Source: Marsupella aquatica (Eukaryota > Plantae > Marchantiophyta). From it: a DNA stretch of 64,000 bases. The stretch's first letter is position 1; every line of letters starts with the position of its first letter. The stretch lies in NCBI GenBank assembly GCA_973895155.1, contig OZ316891.1:11716771-11780770 (forward strand). The letters run 5' to 3'. Both the position numbers and the translations under genes were made by a program. Below, in pieces: positions 35,801-47,560 of the stretch. Under the pieces are notes generated by a model. That model had not been told where the DNA came from and searched no databases. It was given only the letters and a program-made list of their open reading frames with translations.

Positions 35801-38627
35801 GCTGAACAAGTGAGCGACACAAGAGTGTAGGACCTCCGCCAAGCCCAGGGCAGCAGCTCAATGAAACTCAATTTGCAACTCGTCTCACTCTCGCTCTTGC
35901 TGCAAAGAAAAAAAAGCGCAGGTCAAACTCCTTTGTGGCCTCAGTCCCCACCGCTTTCCCCAAGCTATGGACAACTACTAGCAGCTTGCGCTCACAGCAT
36001 GACATCCAGGTCTTTAGCCAACTGCACACTGGAAACCGAGAGAAGTGAGCGCAATCACGCAAGGCCAAAAAAGACCAAAGTTGAGCCAAAGCAAAACTTT
36101 ACTAATGTATTTACAGTCAAGCATGAGGGCAATCAGGTAAGCAGAAGACCACGCATTCCCGCAAAGAGTTGTAGGTTCTCGTCACTTCCTCGCCTCTGTA
36201 TAGAAGGTCGATCGTTGTGTCTCGGGTACCCAATGATAGTGGAGATGAATGCAAATAGGCCTCACCAATCGCCAGTCATCCGCGATAAACCTCCCGACAA
36301 CCTTGCTCCTATACACCTTAGCACCCGCGTTGTCACCACAGGAAAGACGAATGTAAGATTTAGGGCCCACCTAAACCCTATAGTGAGATTGCAGTCGACA
36401 ATGGGTCATATAGCAAAGGTCGAAGCTCCAAGCCCTACGCAATGACATGAAATCCCACCTCCAAAAGCGCTAAATGTATTGACTGAGTGCGATCAGGTGC
36501 AAGAGTCGAGAGCAACTGAGGAAAAGTGCATTATCGGGCGCAAAGTGTTTGGCCTTGGATTCCCTTGCAGAAACGTGAAGGAAAACCCTGGTGGTAGCCG
36601 TCGACACTTTGTGCAATTTTCCTTTACAAAATCTGTTTACCCTAAACATTGAGTTGACTGGAAGGACTCGTTCATAGGCATTCTGCAAGCACCTAACACA
36701 TTTAGACGTAAGTTCACAGTTAGGATTAAACGGTAACTAAGACCAAGGGTGCATTTTTTTTTGGGGGGGGGGGCTTTTAGTTGGGTATTTTGGGTATAGT
36801 CATTGGGTTAGATAAATATCCTAAGTCACCCAGATGGCAAAAAACAACACCTACCCTTAAACTCACCCTCCTCAAGCATAAACCCTCTGAAAACCCATTG
36901 GACATTTGGAGTCATTGGCAAAAGAGGGTTAAATGGATGAAGAATGGACCGGGGGGGATGGATGCCGACAATCCAATGGTCCCTAAACCCCCATCCCCTT
37001 AACATGCAACCCCCGACCCTTGACATCAAACCCCCCCCTAAACCCCCTTTAGTGAAAACCCAGCCACCCCCTAGCCTTGACATATAAATTGCCCCGGTTT
37101 CTACTAGTGTGTGAAAACTTTCCCGCTCATGAAACAACAAGACTCTCACTTTGCGGGCGCACTCTCTCTTTCTCCAAGTCCCTCCACAAAAGCTTTTGGC
37201 AGTCAAAAGTTTAGGGCAAAAGCTATTGCCAGTTGTATCAACTTGCAATTGCGCAACATGGTTCATTGGAAGAGGGCTTCCGATAGAGAAATTGATGCAA
37301 CGGCATTGCATTGTGCACTTAAGGAAAAAGAGGTCCTAAATTGGGCCCTTCAATATTCCCATATGAAGGGGGTTCCATTTGATATTGGCTAATTATGGGG
37401 TATATATGCAGAGCAAATTTTTAAAATGAGTTAGTGGATGAAGTGAGTTTTAATATGTGTGTGAGCAGTATGTGACAAGTACCACTAATTGGTTGTGGTG
37501 ACTTTTTTAAGGTAACTATGTATGTAGAGTATTAGGGTTTAGGGTGCATCATTATTTTTGGGGGCATGGCACAAATTTTCACACCTTTTTGAACTCAGTT
37601 GCGGCCGTGTACATGAATGTTAACTTAAATTTGGTTGGTTCTTGTCTAGCTAGAATCACAAATTTGCCCTACTTACCTAAACTTCAATTAGGGTAAAAAT
37701 GTCATGTATACTTTCTTACAGGGGAACAATAAAGAGCAACTCAGTGATGGTTAAAGCAAAGGGAGGTAACTATATATAATTGCATGACATAATGTGATTA
37801 ATATGATGGATCCAAAATCATATGTATTGGGCAAGGAAATCATGTAAGTCATGGTCACTTATATAACTTCAATATACTTGCCTTAACTCAGTTACAGAAG
37901 CAACTTTCCCAATAGTTAAATACATGACTTCCCAAAACTTCACCAAAAGTGAGTCAAGAAGATGTAACAAAGATGACACCCTAAACCTTGGAGTCACTTA
38001 TTTTCAAAGGTCTCACACAAGTCATGTAAGGCTGGGTCTCATAATGGCTCGGTTTCTTCTAGTGCATGTAATCATGATACAACGCAGGGCCAGCACTACT
38101 ACCTCAACTTTTGTCTAATGCATATGCATTGTGGGAACCCGAGCATCTAAAAGGTATAACATCATGTATATAGTCAATGTTATTAGTACAGATTTTTATG
38201 CTTGCCCTTCTTTGTTGTGCCATGATATATGTGGGTAAATGTCTAAGATTCCACAACTTGACGGTTGCTAATTACCATCCAAACTTACATTTTGTTTCCA
38301 GTATTTTCCTCCTACTTCTAGATTTGGCAAATGTTCCAAAAGCCACGTGACCTATAGGCACTGTTGAGCCCGGGTCTCATTCAGGTAATAATCTAACCTC
38401 ACTTAGGACATAGGGTATTACAATTTTCCCAAAGGTTATAATGTGGTTTCTTCTTGCATGACACTCACCTTAATTTGGGTTTCATGCTAACAAATATAAA
38501 AGGGTAATAAAACCCCATGTATAAACCAACCTAATTGTTTTTTGAGTTCATTTTTTTGAAAATCGCTTTATATAAGGCCTAATTTTTCCTAATCATGCCC
38601 TACATGCAATGTAATGTGGCACTGGAT

Positions 38628-39794
38628 ATGTCCTCTTCCTCTGAACTATCCAGTAGTGAGTACTCCTCCGATGACGATATACCCCCTCCTCCTCAGCCCG
38701 AGGTTACCGGTCCTCGTGGTCCACCCCGAAGGCTTTGTGACTGCACCAGATGTGTGGGCCAAATTTCTCAAAAATCTTATGTGTGTGCTCAACATATCGA
38801 GAGATATGGACGTCATAGAGGTCTTACTCCCGGGGCTTCTTCATCCCATATGGTAAGTTTGTTTCAATTGATTGTCGTTCTTTACTGTTATTTTTAGAGG
38901 TGAATCAATGTTTACACATATGGTTTACACATTTGGTTGTTTGTGGGTGTTTGCATGGAATAGGGATCCAGTATGCGTAGATTGGTGACACCACCATCCT
39001 ATGTCCCATCACAAGGAGTTTTAGATGCTATAGGCAATGCACTTTCACAAGCCTTGGGTTTGGGAATTAGTACCAGTCATGGGACAGAAGGGGAACACCC
39101 TCATGTGCCCACTGAGACACAAAGACCCTGGTCCAGGCCCCAATCCAATAGGAGGCCACGAGCACCCAATGACCCATCCAGAACACTAGTTCAGGGTAGG
39201 TGGGGTGTTTGTTCATTCACTGGCAAGTGTGCCTCTATCATCAAGGATTGGGAACCTATCACTCTTGGCTTGCCTTATTTTACAGATTTTGATGAGGAGA
39301 TTGTGGTTTGGAGTAGACGTTGGATTGTGAAAACTTCCACACTTGGAGAGAGACATGGATATGGAGTATTTGCTTGTGAGGATATCATCATGGATGAGGA
39401 GGGTGGGTCAAGTGTTCGTGGTAGAGAGGGTCCTACTTTGTTCCCATATGGTGGACCCATCTACAAGAGAAGACATTGGAACATGATCCTTGCACAACAT
39501 CCTGAGTGGAAAACATATGCTCTAGAGATGGATACTTTTGATGGTAGCACTAGAAGGTATAGTGAGCAGCGGGTGATAGACGGTGATCCCATACGTAATG
39601 GGAATATTGCTGGTTTCATAAATAGTACTGTGGGGACTCGGCCCAAGCGTAGGGCCAATTGTGAGTGGGTTTTTACTGATGGTCCAATGCCGGCACCATA
39701 TGGCACGACATATCATAAGGACCATTGCTTAGTTCTTGCTACTAGGACCATTAGAGCAGGAGATGAGTTATTCACACACTATGAGTGGGATTAG
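38628..39794 (+). CDS. SET-domain protein isoform: exon 1 (38628-38852, Zn motif) spliced to a SET exon (38964-39794)
   Basis: SET motifs VKTSTLGERHGYGVFA, YGGPI, IDG..RNGNIAGFINS...ANC and LVLATRTIRAGDELFTHY. Phase-0 donor gtaagt at 38853 and phase-0 acceptor tag ending at 38963. Confidence 0.8.
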
Positions 39795-42700
39795 GAAATC
39801 ATGTCCTTTATCCTCTTGCACCTGTTTTGGACTTCCCATTTACTATTATATATATATGGCCTTTGGGCTCATTTTGGAGTAATAAGGTTTTAGCCCATGC
39901 ATTTACTTTAATTCTTAATGTCTTGAATGAATGGTGTTAAGTCTATTTTAATTTGTTGTACTTGGTCAAATATACATGAGGAGGTTTTTTGGTTGTAATG
40001 TGCATAGAATGCGCAACCATCTCAAAAAATGTTACCACGAAGGTTGAGAGCAACATATCGGGAGATGGGTATGCCAAAAGAGGGAGAACCATCAGAGGGT
40101 GATTCCTCATCAAGTAATGATGTAGGTGGTGCTGATGAGGAAGCCGCACCTCGGACTGATGACCAGGTCATGCATGATCAAGATAGAGCCATGGATGACT
40201 TCATGGTTGATTGGTTTGGTGCCGATGTTGAGGATGATGTGCCTCACATTGGTCATGAGGTTGGCCCTTCAAATGACCCACGGCCACAACATACTCCAGA
40301 GGGACAACAACAATGGAAAGAGGCAGAGGAACATGCTCGAACACCTATTTTTGAGGGTGCTCGGTTGAGCTGTCTTTTTGCCATATTGGGGCTCTTGAAC
40401 ATTCAAGCCAAACACAAGGCAAGCAATTCTATGTTATCAGACATATTTGAATATTGTCATGACTTGATGTTACCCTCGGAGAATGTGTTGCCAGGGACTT
40501 GGAAGGATGCAAAGAAGGTTCTCTCATCCATTGGTATGGATTACCATATTATTCATGCCTGTGTGAATGATTGCATGTTATTTCACGGGGATACAGCCCA
40601 TATCACAGAATGCATAGTGTGTCATGAGCCACGGTATGAGCCAAACATGCTAACCCAGAAGGTACCAAGGAAAGCAGTTCGTTGGTTCCCCATAATTCCT
40701 CGCTTGTTGCACATGTATAGATGTTCTAACTTGGCCGAGTTGATGGTATGGCACAAGAAACATCGTTCGGAGCCCGGTGTCATGCAATTACCAGTTGACT
40801 CTCCTGCTCATAAACATGTGGAATCAACATGGCCAGATTTTGAGCGTGACCCTCGGCATGTGCGACTGGGGTTGGTATCAGATGGAGTTAGCCCTCATTC
40901 ACTTGGAGGGAAGGGGAGACCTACATCGGTCTGGCCTGTGGTTCTCATGAATTACAACCTTCCACCATGGTTGTCCATGAAAAAGGGTTTTTTGTTGCTA
41001 TCTTTGATTATCCCAGGGCCAAAGAAGGTGAAGAACATGGACACCTATTTGACATTACTGGTTCAGGAACTCCAGAAATTATGGGAAGGAGTATGGGCAT
41101 ATGATGGTCGAAAGACTACATGGGGTACCCCACGGGTTTTCAAACTCAAAGGGGTTTGTATGTGGACCATGCATGACTACCCAGGTAAGAACTTTGTTGT
41201 TTAAATGCATCATATTCTAATGCATGGTATCCCCTCATTTCCATGTGCTAATCCTAACATAATGTGTGTTTATATGACCAGGATTTGGCTTTGTGAGTGG
41301 GTTGCAAACCCAAGACTACAAGGCTTGCTCCACTTGTGGCCCAAGCCTTGGTGATGTAGCCAAGTATTCATCACATCTTCGCAAGATTGTTTATCTTGGG
41401 CATACAAAGTTTCTTCCAATGGGACATCAGATGAGGCGTGACCCACTACTATTTTCCTCTATTGATATGCCCTTTGGTGACGAGCGTGATGTACCTGAGC
41501 CAACAACTTTTACACGCTGGAAAGACATGGCTGCAAGAGTGGCAGACCCAGAGGATCCCATACAATTTGAGGGTAGTGGCTTGACAAGGTGGAGTATATT
41601 AACCACTTTGCCCTATTGGGGTGAGTTGAAGATCCGCCATCTATTAGACCCCATGCACATTGAGGGAAATGTGGGAAAGGCTTTGATAAAGGCTTTCTAT
41701 GGAGAGAAAGACACTAACTTCAGGGAGGCTTGTGAGGATCTTGAGATGCATCCAGACGTGTGGGTCATAAGTGATCCTATCACAGGGATCGAGCATCGAC
41801 CTTCAGCTCCATGGGTGCTTCCTGTTGACCAGAGAAGGGAGTTTCGGAATCGCATAGAAGACATGCGGTTTCCTACTGGTTATGGTGCCAATCTCCGAAA
41901 GGCCTTTGGGATGGAGGACAATCATAAGTGGCCAAGGTATCTCAAGACACATGACTACCATAGGTTATTGCAGCACATATTGCCTGAGGCCATAATAGGT
42001 TTGGCAAGTGAAGAAGTGCAAGATGCCCTTTGGTCATTGGGAAAACTATTGAGATGGGTATGCTCTAAGGAGATATATACTGACGAGATCCCTGGGATGG
42101 AGGTTTTGGCAGCAGAGGTGGTATGCAAGTTGGAGAAGGCCCTTCCTCCTTCCTTTTTTGACTGTCAAGTGCATTTACTTGTTCATCTTGTTCATGAGGT
42201 GGCCATTGTAGGTCCTGTGCATTGTCGGTGGATGTATTGGCTAGAACGATACATGGCAATGTTAAAAGGTTATGTACGTAACCGTGCACGGGTTGAGGGA
42301 AGCATGGCTACAGGATACTTAGCAGCTGAGAGTATGTTCTATTGTAGTAACATATTGGCCACAATTGATTGTACCTCTCCCCGTACTTGGGTAGAGGAGA
42401 GGGAAGATGAAGAGGATCGTTTAACAGGTGCTAGGAAAACTCGCATGTTGACACCAGTGGAGGTGAAACAACTGACCACATTCATGTTGAGTAATAACAC
42501 TATCATGGAAGAATGGAGGGATTTCTACGAGGATGCCAAAAGTAACAGCACAAGACCAAGGATTTTTCCAAAGTACCTTGACTATATGAAGGAGAAGTTA
42601 GTTGAGGTGGATGACATGGTGGTCAGGGGAGAGAGTGTATTACATTTTCTGGCTATCACAGATGATGTTCGTACCATTGTTCATGGTCCCTTGAGAGTGG

Positions 42701-43401
42701 TTACAACAAGGACAACAATGTGGACACAAGAAAGACATTTCAGGTGATCTCCATCTACCTTAGTAACCTTTGATTTGAATCACTTGGTTTAATTTAATTC
42801 ATTTGTAATACAAGCACGTATATTGAAGAGGCAGATTCTTGGTGTGTTCAATTAATTGGAATATGTTTGTGTCTATTTTTGTGTAACATATCCTTATGGT
42901 TTGATGGATTTTAGGATTTCTTCCCTTGATGAGAAGAGGGGTCGTACCTTTGATTGTGGAGTTCAAGGACAATTCTCTCAAGATTCCCGCAGCAGTCGCC
43001 ATGACACAAATATTATTCGAGATGTTGTGCCACATTATGGAAAGGTAGAAGAGATTCTATTGATATCTTATGATGCACAATCAAAGTTTGAAGAGTATGT
43101 CTTCAAGTGCAAGTGGTTCAAAGTGAACCTTGCAGGTAACAATCCTACTGTGGTTCAAGATGAGTGTGGATTTACACGACTGAAGACGTCTGCCACTAGT
43201 TTCCAGCCATCTCATTGGCAAACATCAGAGCCGTTCACTTTTCCAAGTCATGTGGAACAATGTTTCTATATTCCATACCCCCCAAACCCAGAGGAATGGT
43301 CACTTGTCATCACATATGTGCCACGGTCTCGTTCAATCGTTGGGGAAAAGCCTGATATTCTGGTTGTGTCCCAACCTGAAGATGATGAGGACCAAATTTG
43401 A
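38628..43401 (+). CDS. TnpD-like CACTA transposase of the outer element
   Basis: Exons 38628-38852, 40008-41184, 41282-42743 and 42915-43401; all intron phases are compatible. Motifs IHACVNDC, RHVRLGLVSDGVSP, NLPPW, HDYPG, DPMHIEGN, KTHDYH, PPSFFD...HLLVHL, WMYWLER, EPFTFPSHVEQCFY. Confidence 0.92.
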
Positions 43402-43794
43402 GGGGTCTGTGTTTGTGGATATATAGCTACACGGATATATAGTTAGATTTGATGATATGAAGATTTCTCTTCTCGATAGAATGGAGAAATATGTGCTTCT
43501 CAATTATCAATAAACTTATGTTTTGTAAGTATATCATTTTCAAATGTTGTTTTCTATATCTCCCATCCCTACCCCACACTCACCACACCTTTTGGTAGAC
43601 TTTATGCAAAGAAAACTCATGTTGCTTGTAGTCCTCTATCCTCCATGCTTTCCTAATCCCCCCCTAGCCGTTCTCCTTATTACTTGTACCCACCTCCCTC
43701 CTCCTTTCTTTCATTGTCTGTCCCTCTTATTAAACCCTCCTTTACCCTCCCTCCCCAATCCCATTCCTTTTCCACCTCTTTGAAGCGCTCATAA

Positions 43795-44330
43795 TATTTT
43801 GCGAAACATCTTGCAAAACCCCGACACCCGCAAACTCATCGCTACATTTGCGATACTTAACTGCTCGCTAATTGCCATCATGAACTCATCGCAAACTTCC
43901 GAAGATACCACGATCTCAAAGTTGTGAAACCAAAACATTCACAAAATGAGACCCTAGACAGGCACAGGATTTGTGAGCCTATTACTATCGCAAGTTAGCC
44001 ATTCCGTAAACATCGCTCATTTGCGAGACAATAAGACTCGCAAAATATTTTGAGATGCTAAAATATTTGCAACTATTTAGTTTCTCGGCGCATCCCAATG
44101 AATTTGCGAAGCGGTAAAGATCGCTAAATTGTTCAATGATAATTACTTCGGAAATTTTTTGCGATACGTGAAGTGTGGTAAAATGTTGCGATTGTGTAAG
44201 TTTTGCAATTATGTGTTGCGATGTGGATAGATTCGCTAAGTGCGATGCGTATCGTATCGCAAGTTTAGCGATGAGATTAATCTTGCAAAGCTTTCTTCCT
44301 CTTGTAAAATGCCTTCGCAAAATTGGCAAA
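43795..44330. repeat. Right subterminal TCGCAA/TTGCGA array of the outer CACTA
   Basis: Same motif density as 8490-9010. Confidence 0.8.
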
Positions 44331-45261
44331 TATGTAGTAGTGCATGTTATTGGAGCAACACATTATTTAAGTTTCAATGCAATTTATTTTTGAGTCATGA
44401 TTCCAATTATGCACCTTGTGTAGAGTCCCCAACCAGCCCCCTCCCACCAGGATACCTCCACCTAAGCCTTCAACTCCTGGGGCCCCCTTTCCAGCCTCCT
44501 TGCTCCAATGCCACCCTCAGACAAAATTCCACCACCACCAGAAACCCCCTCAACTTTGACTTCTAGTTGTGGCATCTTTATGCAAAAAACAAGACTTATT
44601 AAACTTAAGAATTTTTTTAAAATCAATCACTTTCTATGTGCCTACCTGTTTTTGAGTAATATATATAATCATAAGTTGCCTCTGTCTAAGTAACTACCAG
44701 GTTTGGGGAAACAATGAATTTATCACAAAAAATAACCGACATTGCTATATGGTGAACCCTACTTATGTTTTTTTTCCTTTCATTTTGGCAAAAATCAAAC
44801 TCTTAATGTGCTCTTGCAGTAAGGCATTTCTTAAAATTATTGCCTTATTGACTATTTTGATACCCCTTTGCCGAAAAAACAAATCTTTACTTTTCATTTA
44901 ATTTTTTACCCCTCTAAGAAAAATTAAAGGTTGTGTTTTACCCATATCCATAAATCCCAAAAAATGTTGGTAATTTTTTTCCAACTTTTCACACAAACAA
45001 GCTCCATGTAATGTAGGGTATGGCTTTGAGAAGTTTATGGATTAGCTCCATGCAATGTCCTCTACATTTAGTTCTAACCAAATTTCTAAGGGATGGCTTA
45101 CAAATTTATAGGGTTTAAATCAGCATCTCAAGAACTTTGTCAGGGAATTGAACCCTGAACTGTCCAACAGACAGTCTTCCAAGCAAAGTACCCCCCCACC
45201 CTTTAACCCCACACCCCCTCTCTTTAACTCAAATAGAAAGCAATGTAATCAAAATTTTCCA

Positions 45262-46787
45262 TTATTCATTTGTAGGTTCTGTTTTCACTCTAAAAATTGA
45301 TTTGTACAAAGCAACTCTTCTGCTGATCTTCGTGGGTGGCACTTCCTCGCAATCATCATCAGAGGACAAATAGATTACCTTAGCATTTGCACATTTTCCA
45401 GAGTTTAAAAGATCAGTGGTCTCAAGATAATTAGAATCTGGCATGGGCACAGTGTCTTTCAAGGACACATATTTAGGCAAATTATTCCAAGAACATGTTT
45501 CCAAAGCTTCCTTCCTCGTCTCTGCAAAAATATCATCAAATCTTACAACTTTTTCTTTACCCTCTTTCTTCATTGGAACTCTGTGTAATGCACTTTTCAT
45601 AGGAGACACATTTATTACATTACTTCTTGGAGAATCCTCTTCACCAGAATCATCATCCCAATATCTACCATGCAGGGATCTTTGTTTCTTGACGAAAATA
45701 TTCTCCACATCTTCTTTCTTAATATTGCAAGGATCTACTATACATTTCCAGAGTGAAGTCATCCTAGAAAATTGTATACCTTGTTCATTTAGAGGAATAA
45801 TCCAACTTGCAGCAGGCATAAAAATTCCAAACTTGATCATGTCAGTAAGGGTGGATAAAAAAGTAGCACCAAGAGGTCTGTCACATTCAAACATACATTC
45901 TTTCACCCACGTTTTGTTAGTTAAAGTTACCCTGGTTTTCAAATCAGCTTTCCCATAGATAGAATGTAATGTTTTACCTGCTGTCACTTCTGCATCAGTG
46001 ACATTGAACATTACAGACTCAAAATGCTATGCACCTGTATCTTTCAAACAGTAACCAGTCATGCCTTTGTAGGTTTGAATAAATCTATTAGTTAACAACT
46101 TACAATTCACCTTACCCACAGGATTCATGTTTTTCAAACAATGCCAACCCATATATTTCTTGACAAGCACACCAAAAGATCTAGCAGATTTAGTTCTTGA
46201 TCTGACGACCATTTGCATATGCAAGTGATTTTCAATATCACCTCTCTCAATGGCAACAAGACCTGATACACAATGGTCTCTCATCAGAGTATTCATGAGG
46301 TCAATCTCAGTTGGATTTATATCTGCACCTAAGTGTCCAATGGTAATACTTAATTCTTTCACATTATCAACCATACTAATATTTTTCTCCTCTGCTATCA
46401 CAAGTCTTGCCTTTCTTTTCAAAGAAGCCATGACAAATGAGGACACTGTTCTCTGCACTGTAAATTTTCATCACCTTCTTTACAGATACAAGGTAGAATA
46501 TCAAACACAAACACATGATAAATATCGTCACTTTTAACAAGAAAAAATACTTTCTCTTTACATTCTACTACAATCTCATCCTCCCCAGTTTCTGGAGTTG
46601 AATCTAAGATTCGAAATGGACCACCAAGTATTTTTTATTGACCTTGTTTACATACAAACCAACAATACTTCACGTCTCTTACACAACTAGAAGTTTCCTT
46701 TGGGATATTTTCCAAGATAGATTCTCCTATGTCAGATGTTGCATAAGGTGTGAGAAGCTCCTCTAGAAGCTGACTTTCCAAGGACAT
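45262..46787 (-). pseudogene. Replitron-like HUH endonuclease/transposase with premature stops
   Basis: LSITIG (motif I), IERGDIENHLHMQ (HUH motif II), GMTGYCLKD (catalytic YxxK). ORFs 46027-46458 and 45262-46011 are in frame across one TAG. Probable upstream exon at about 46551-46787. Confidence 0.75.
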
Positions 46788-46844
46788 GAAGCTTATAGGA
46801 CGTTAGAGGAGAAAGTAGAACATTGGTTAGCAAACTATGTCTCA

Positions 46845-47560
46845 GCAAAACAGAAAAAGTAGAACACTGGTTAGCACAAGATCAGTTGGTTAGCACAAGA
46901 TCACAGAACAACACCAGTTGGTTAGCACAAGATCATAGCACAAGATTAGTTGGTTAGCACAAGATCAGTTGGTTAGCACAAGATCACAACACAAGATCCC
47001 ACTGAAGCGATGACACGGTTGAGCACTAAGAAGCTAGAGCTAGCACTGAACGAAAGCCCACTGGTGCACTGTACAATAGCCCACTGAAACGATAGCAAGG
47101 CTGAGCACTGAGAAGCTAGAGCTAGCACTGAACGAAGGCCCACTAGTGCACCGAACGATAGCCCACTAAAACAATAGCAGGGCTGAGCACTGAGTCTTGA
47201 GACCACAATGGGAGCGATGGCAGAGCACAAGATCACAACACAAGATCACTGGTTAGAATGATCCCATTGAAGTGATGACACGGTTGAGCACTAAGAAGCT
47301 AGAGCTAGCACTGAACAAAAGCCCATTGGTGCACTGAACGATAGCCCATTGAACGATAGCCCACTGAAACGATAGCAAGGCTTAGCACTGAGACGCTAGA
47401 GCTAGCACTAAACGAAAGCCCATTGGTGCACTGAACGATAGCCCACTGAAACGATAGCGCACTGAGAAGCTAGAGCTAGCACTAAACGATAGCCCACTGC
47501 ATGGGAACCTGATCACTAAGACTTGAGGCAATGGCAGAGCAGCGCACTGAGAGCAAGAGT
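46845..47560. repeat. Mosaic array of short repeats (ttggttagcacaagatca; gagctagcactgaacga; gatagcccactg)
   Basis: Recurrent 12-20 bp units, with a longer internal duplication (about 46975-47200 versus 47225-47500). Confidence 0.8.

Larger units (their letters stand above)
12672..38064 (-). mobile_element. Inner (nested) CACTA/En-Spm transposon, about 18.8 kb without the Copia insertion
   Basis: TIRs CACTAGAAGAATCCGAG (12672) and CTCGGTTTCTTCTAGTG (ending 38064) match at 16/17 positions. Perfect 3-bp TSD cat at 12669-12671 and 38065-38067. TGTGAC/GTCACA subterminal repeats. The empty site is preserved in the neighbouring repeat copy (about 12181-12205, gggaaatcc-cat-gtaatcatga). Confidence 0.93.
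8474..44342. mobile_element. Outer CACTA/En-Spm DNA transposon (about 10.5 kb once the nested element is removed)
   Basis: Left end CACTACAACA at 8474; right end TGTAGTAGTG ending at 44342 (reverse complement CACTACTACA). Flanking triplets cgt/cat differ by one CpG-type transition. Dense TTGCGA/TCGCAA subterminal arrays at both ends. Contains TnpD-like and TnpA-like genes. Confidence 0.85.

Noticed and set aside
34444-36688. Multiple 70-190 aa ORFs in the inner CACTA
   Set aside because: No recognisable product; treated only as part of the capture zone.
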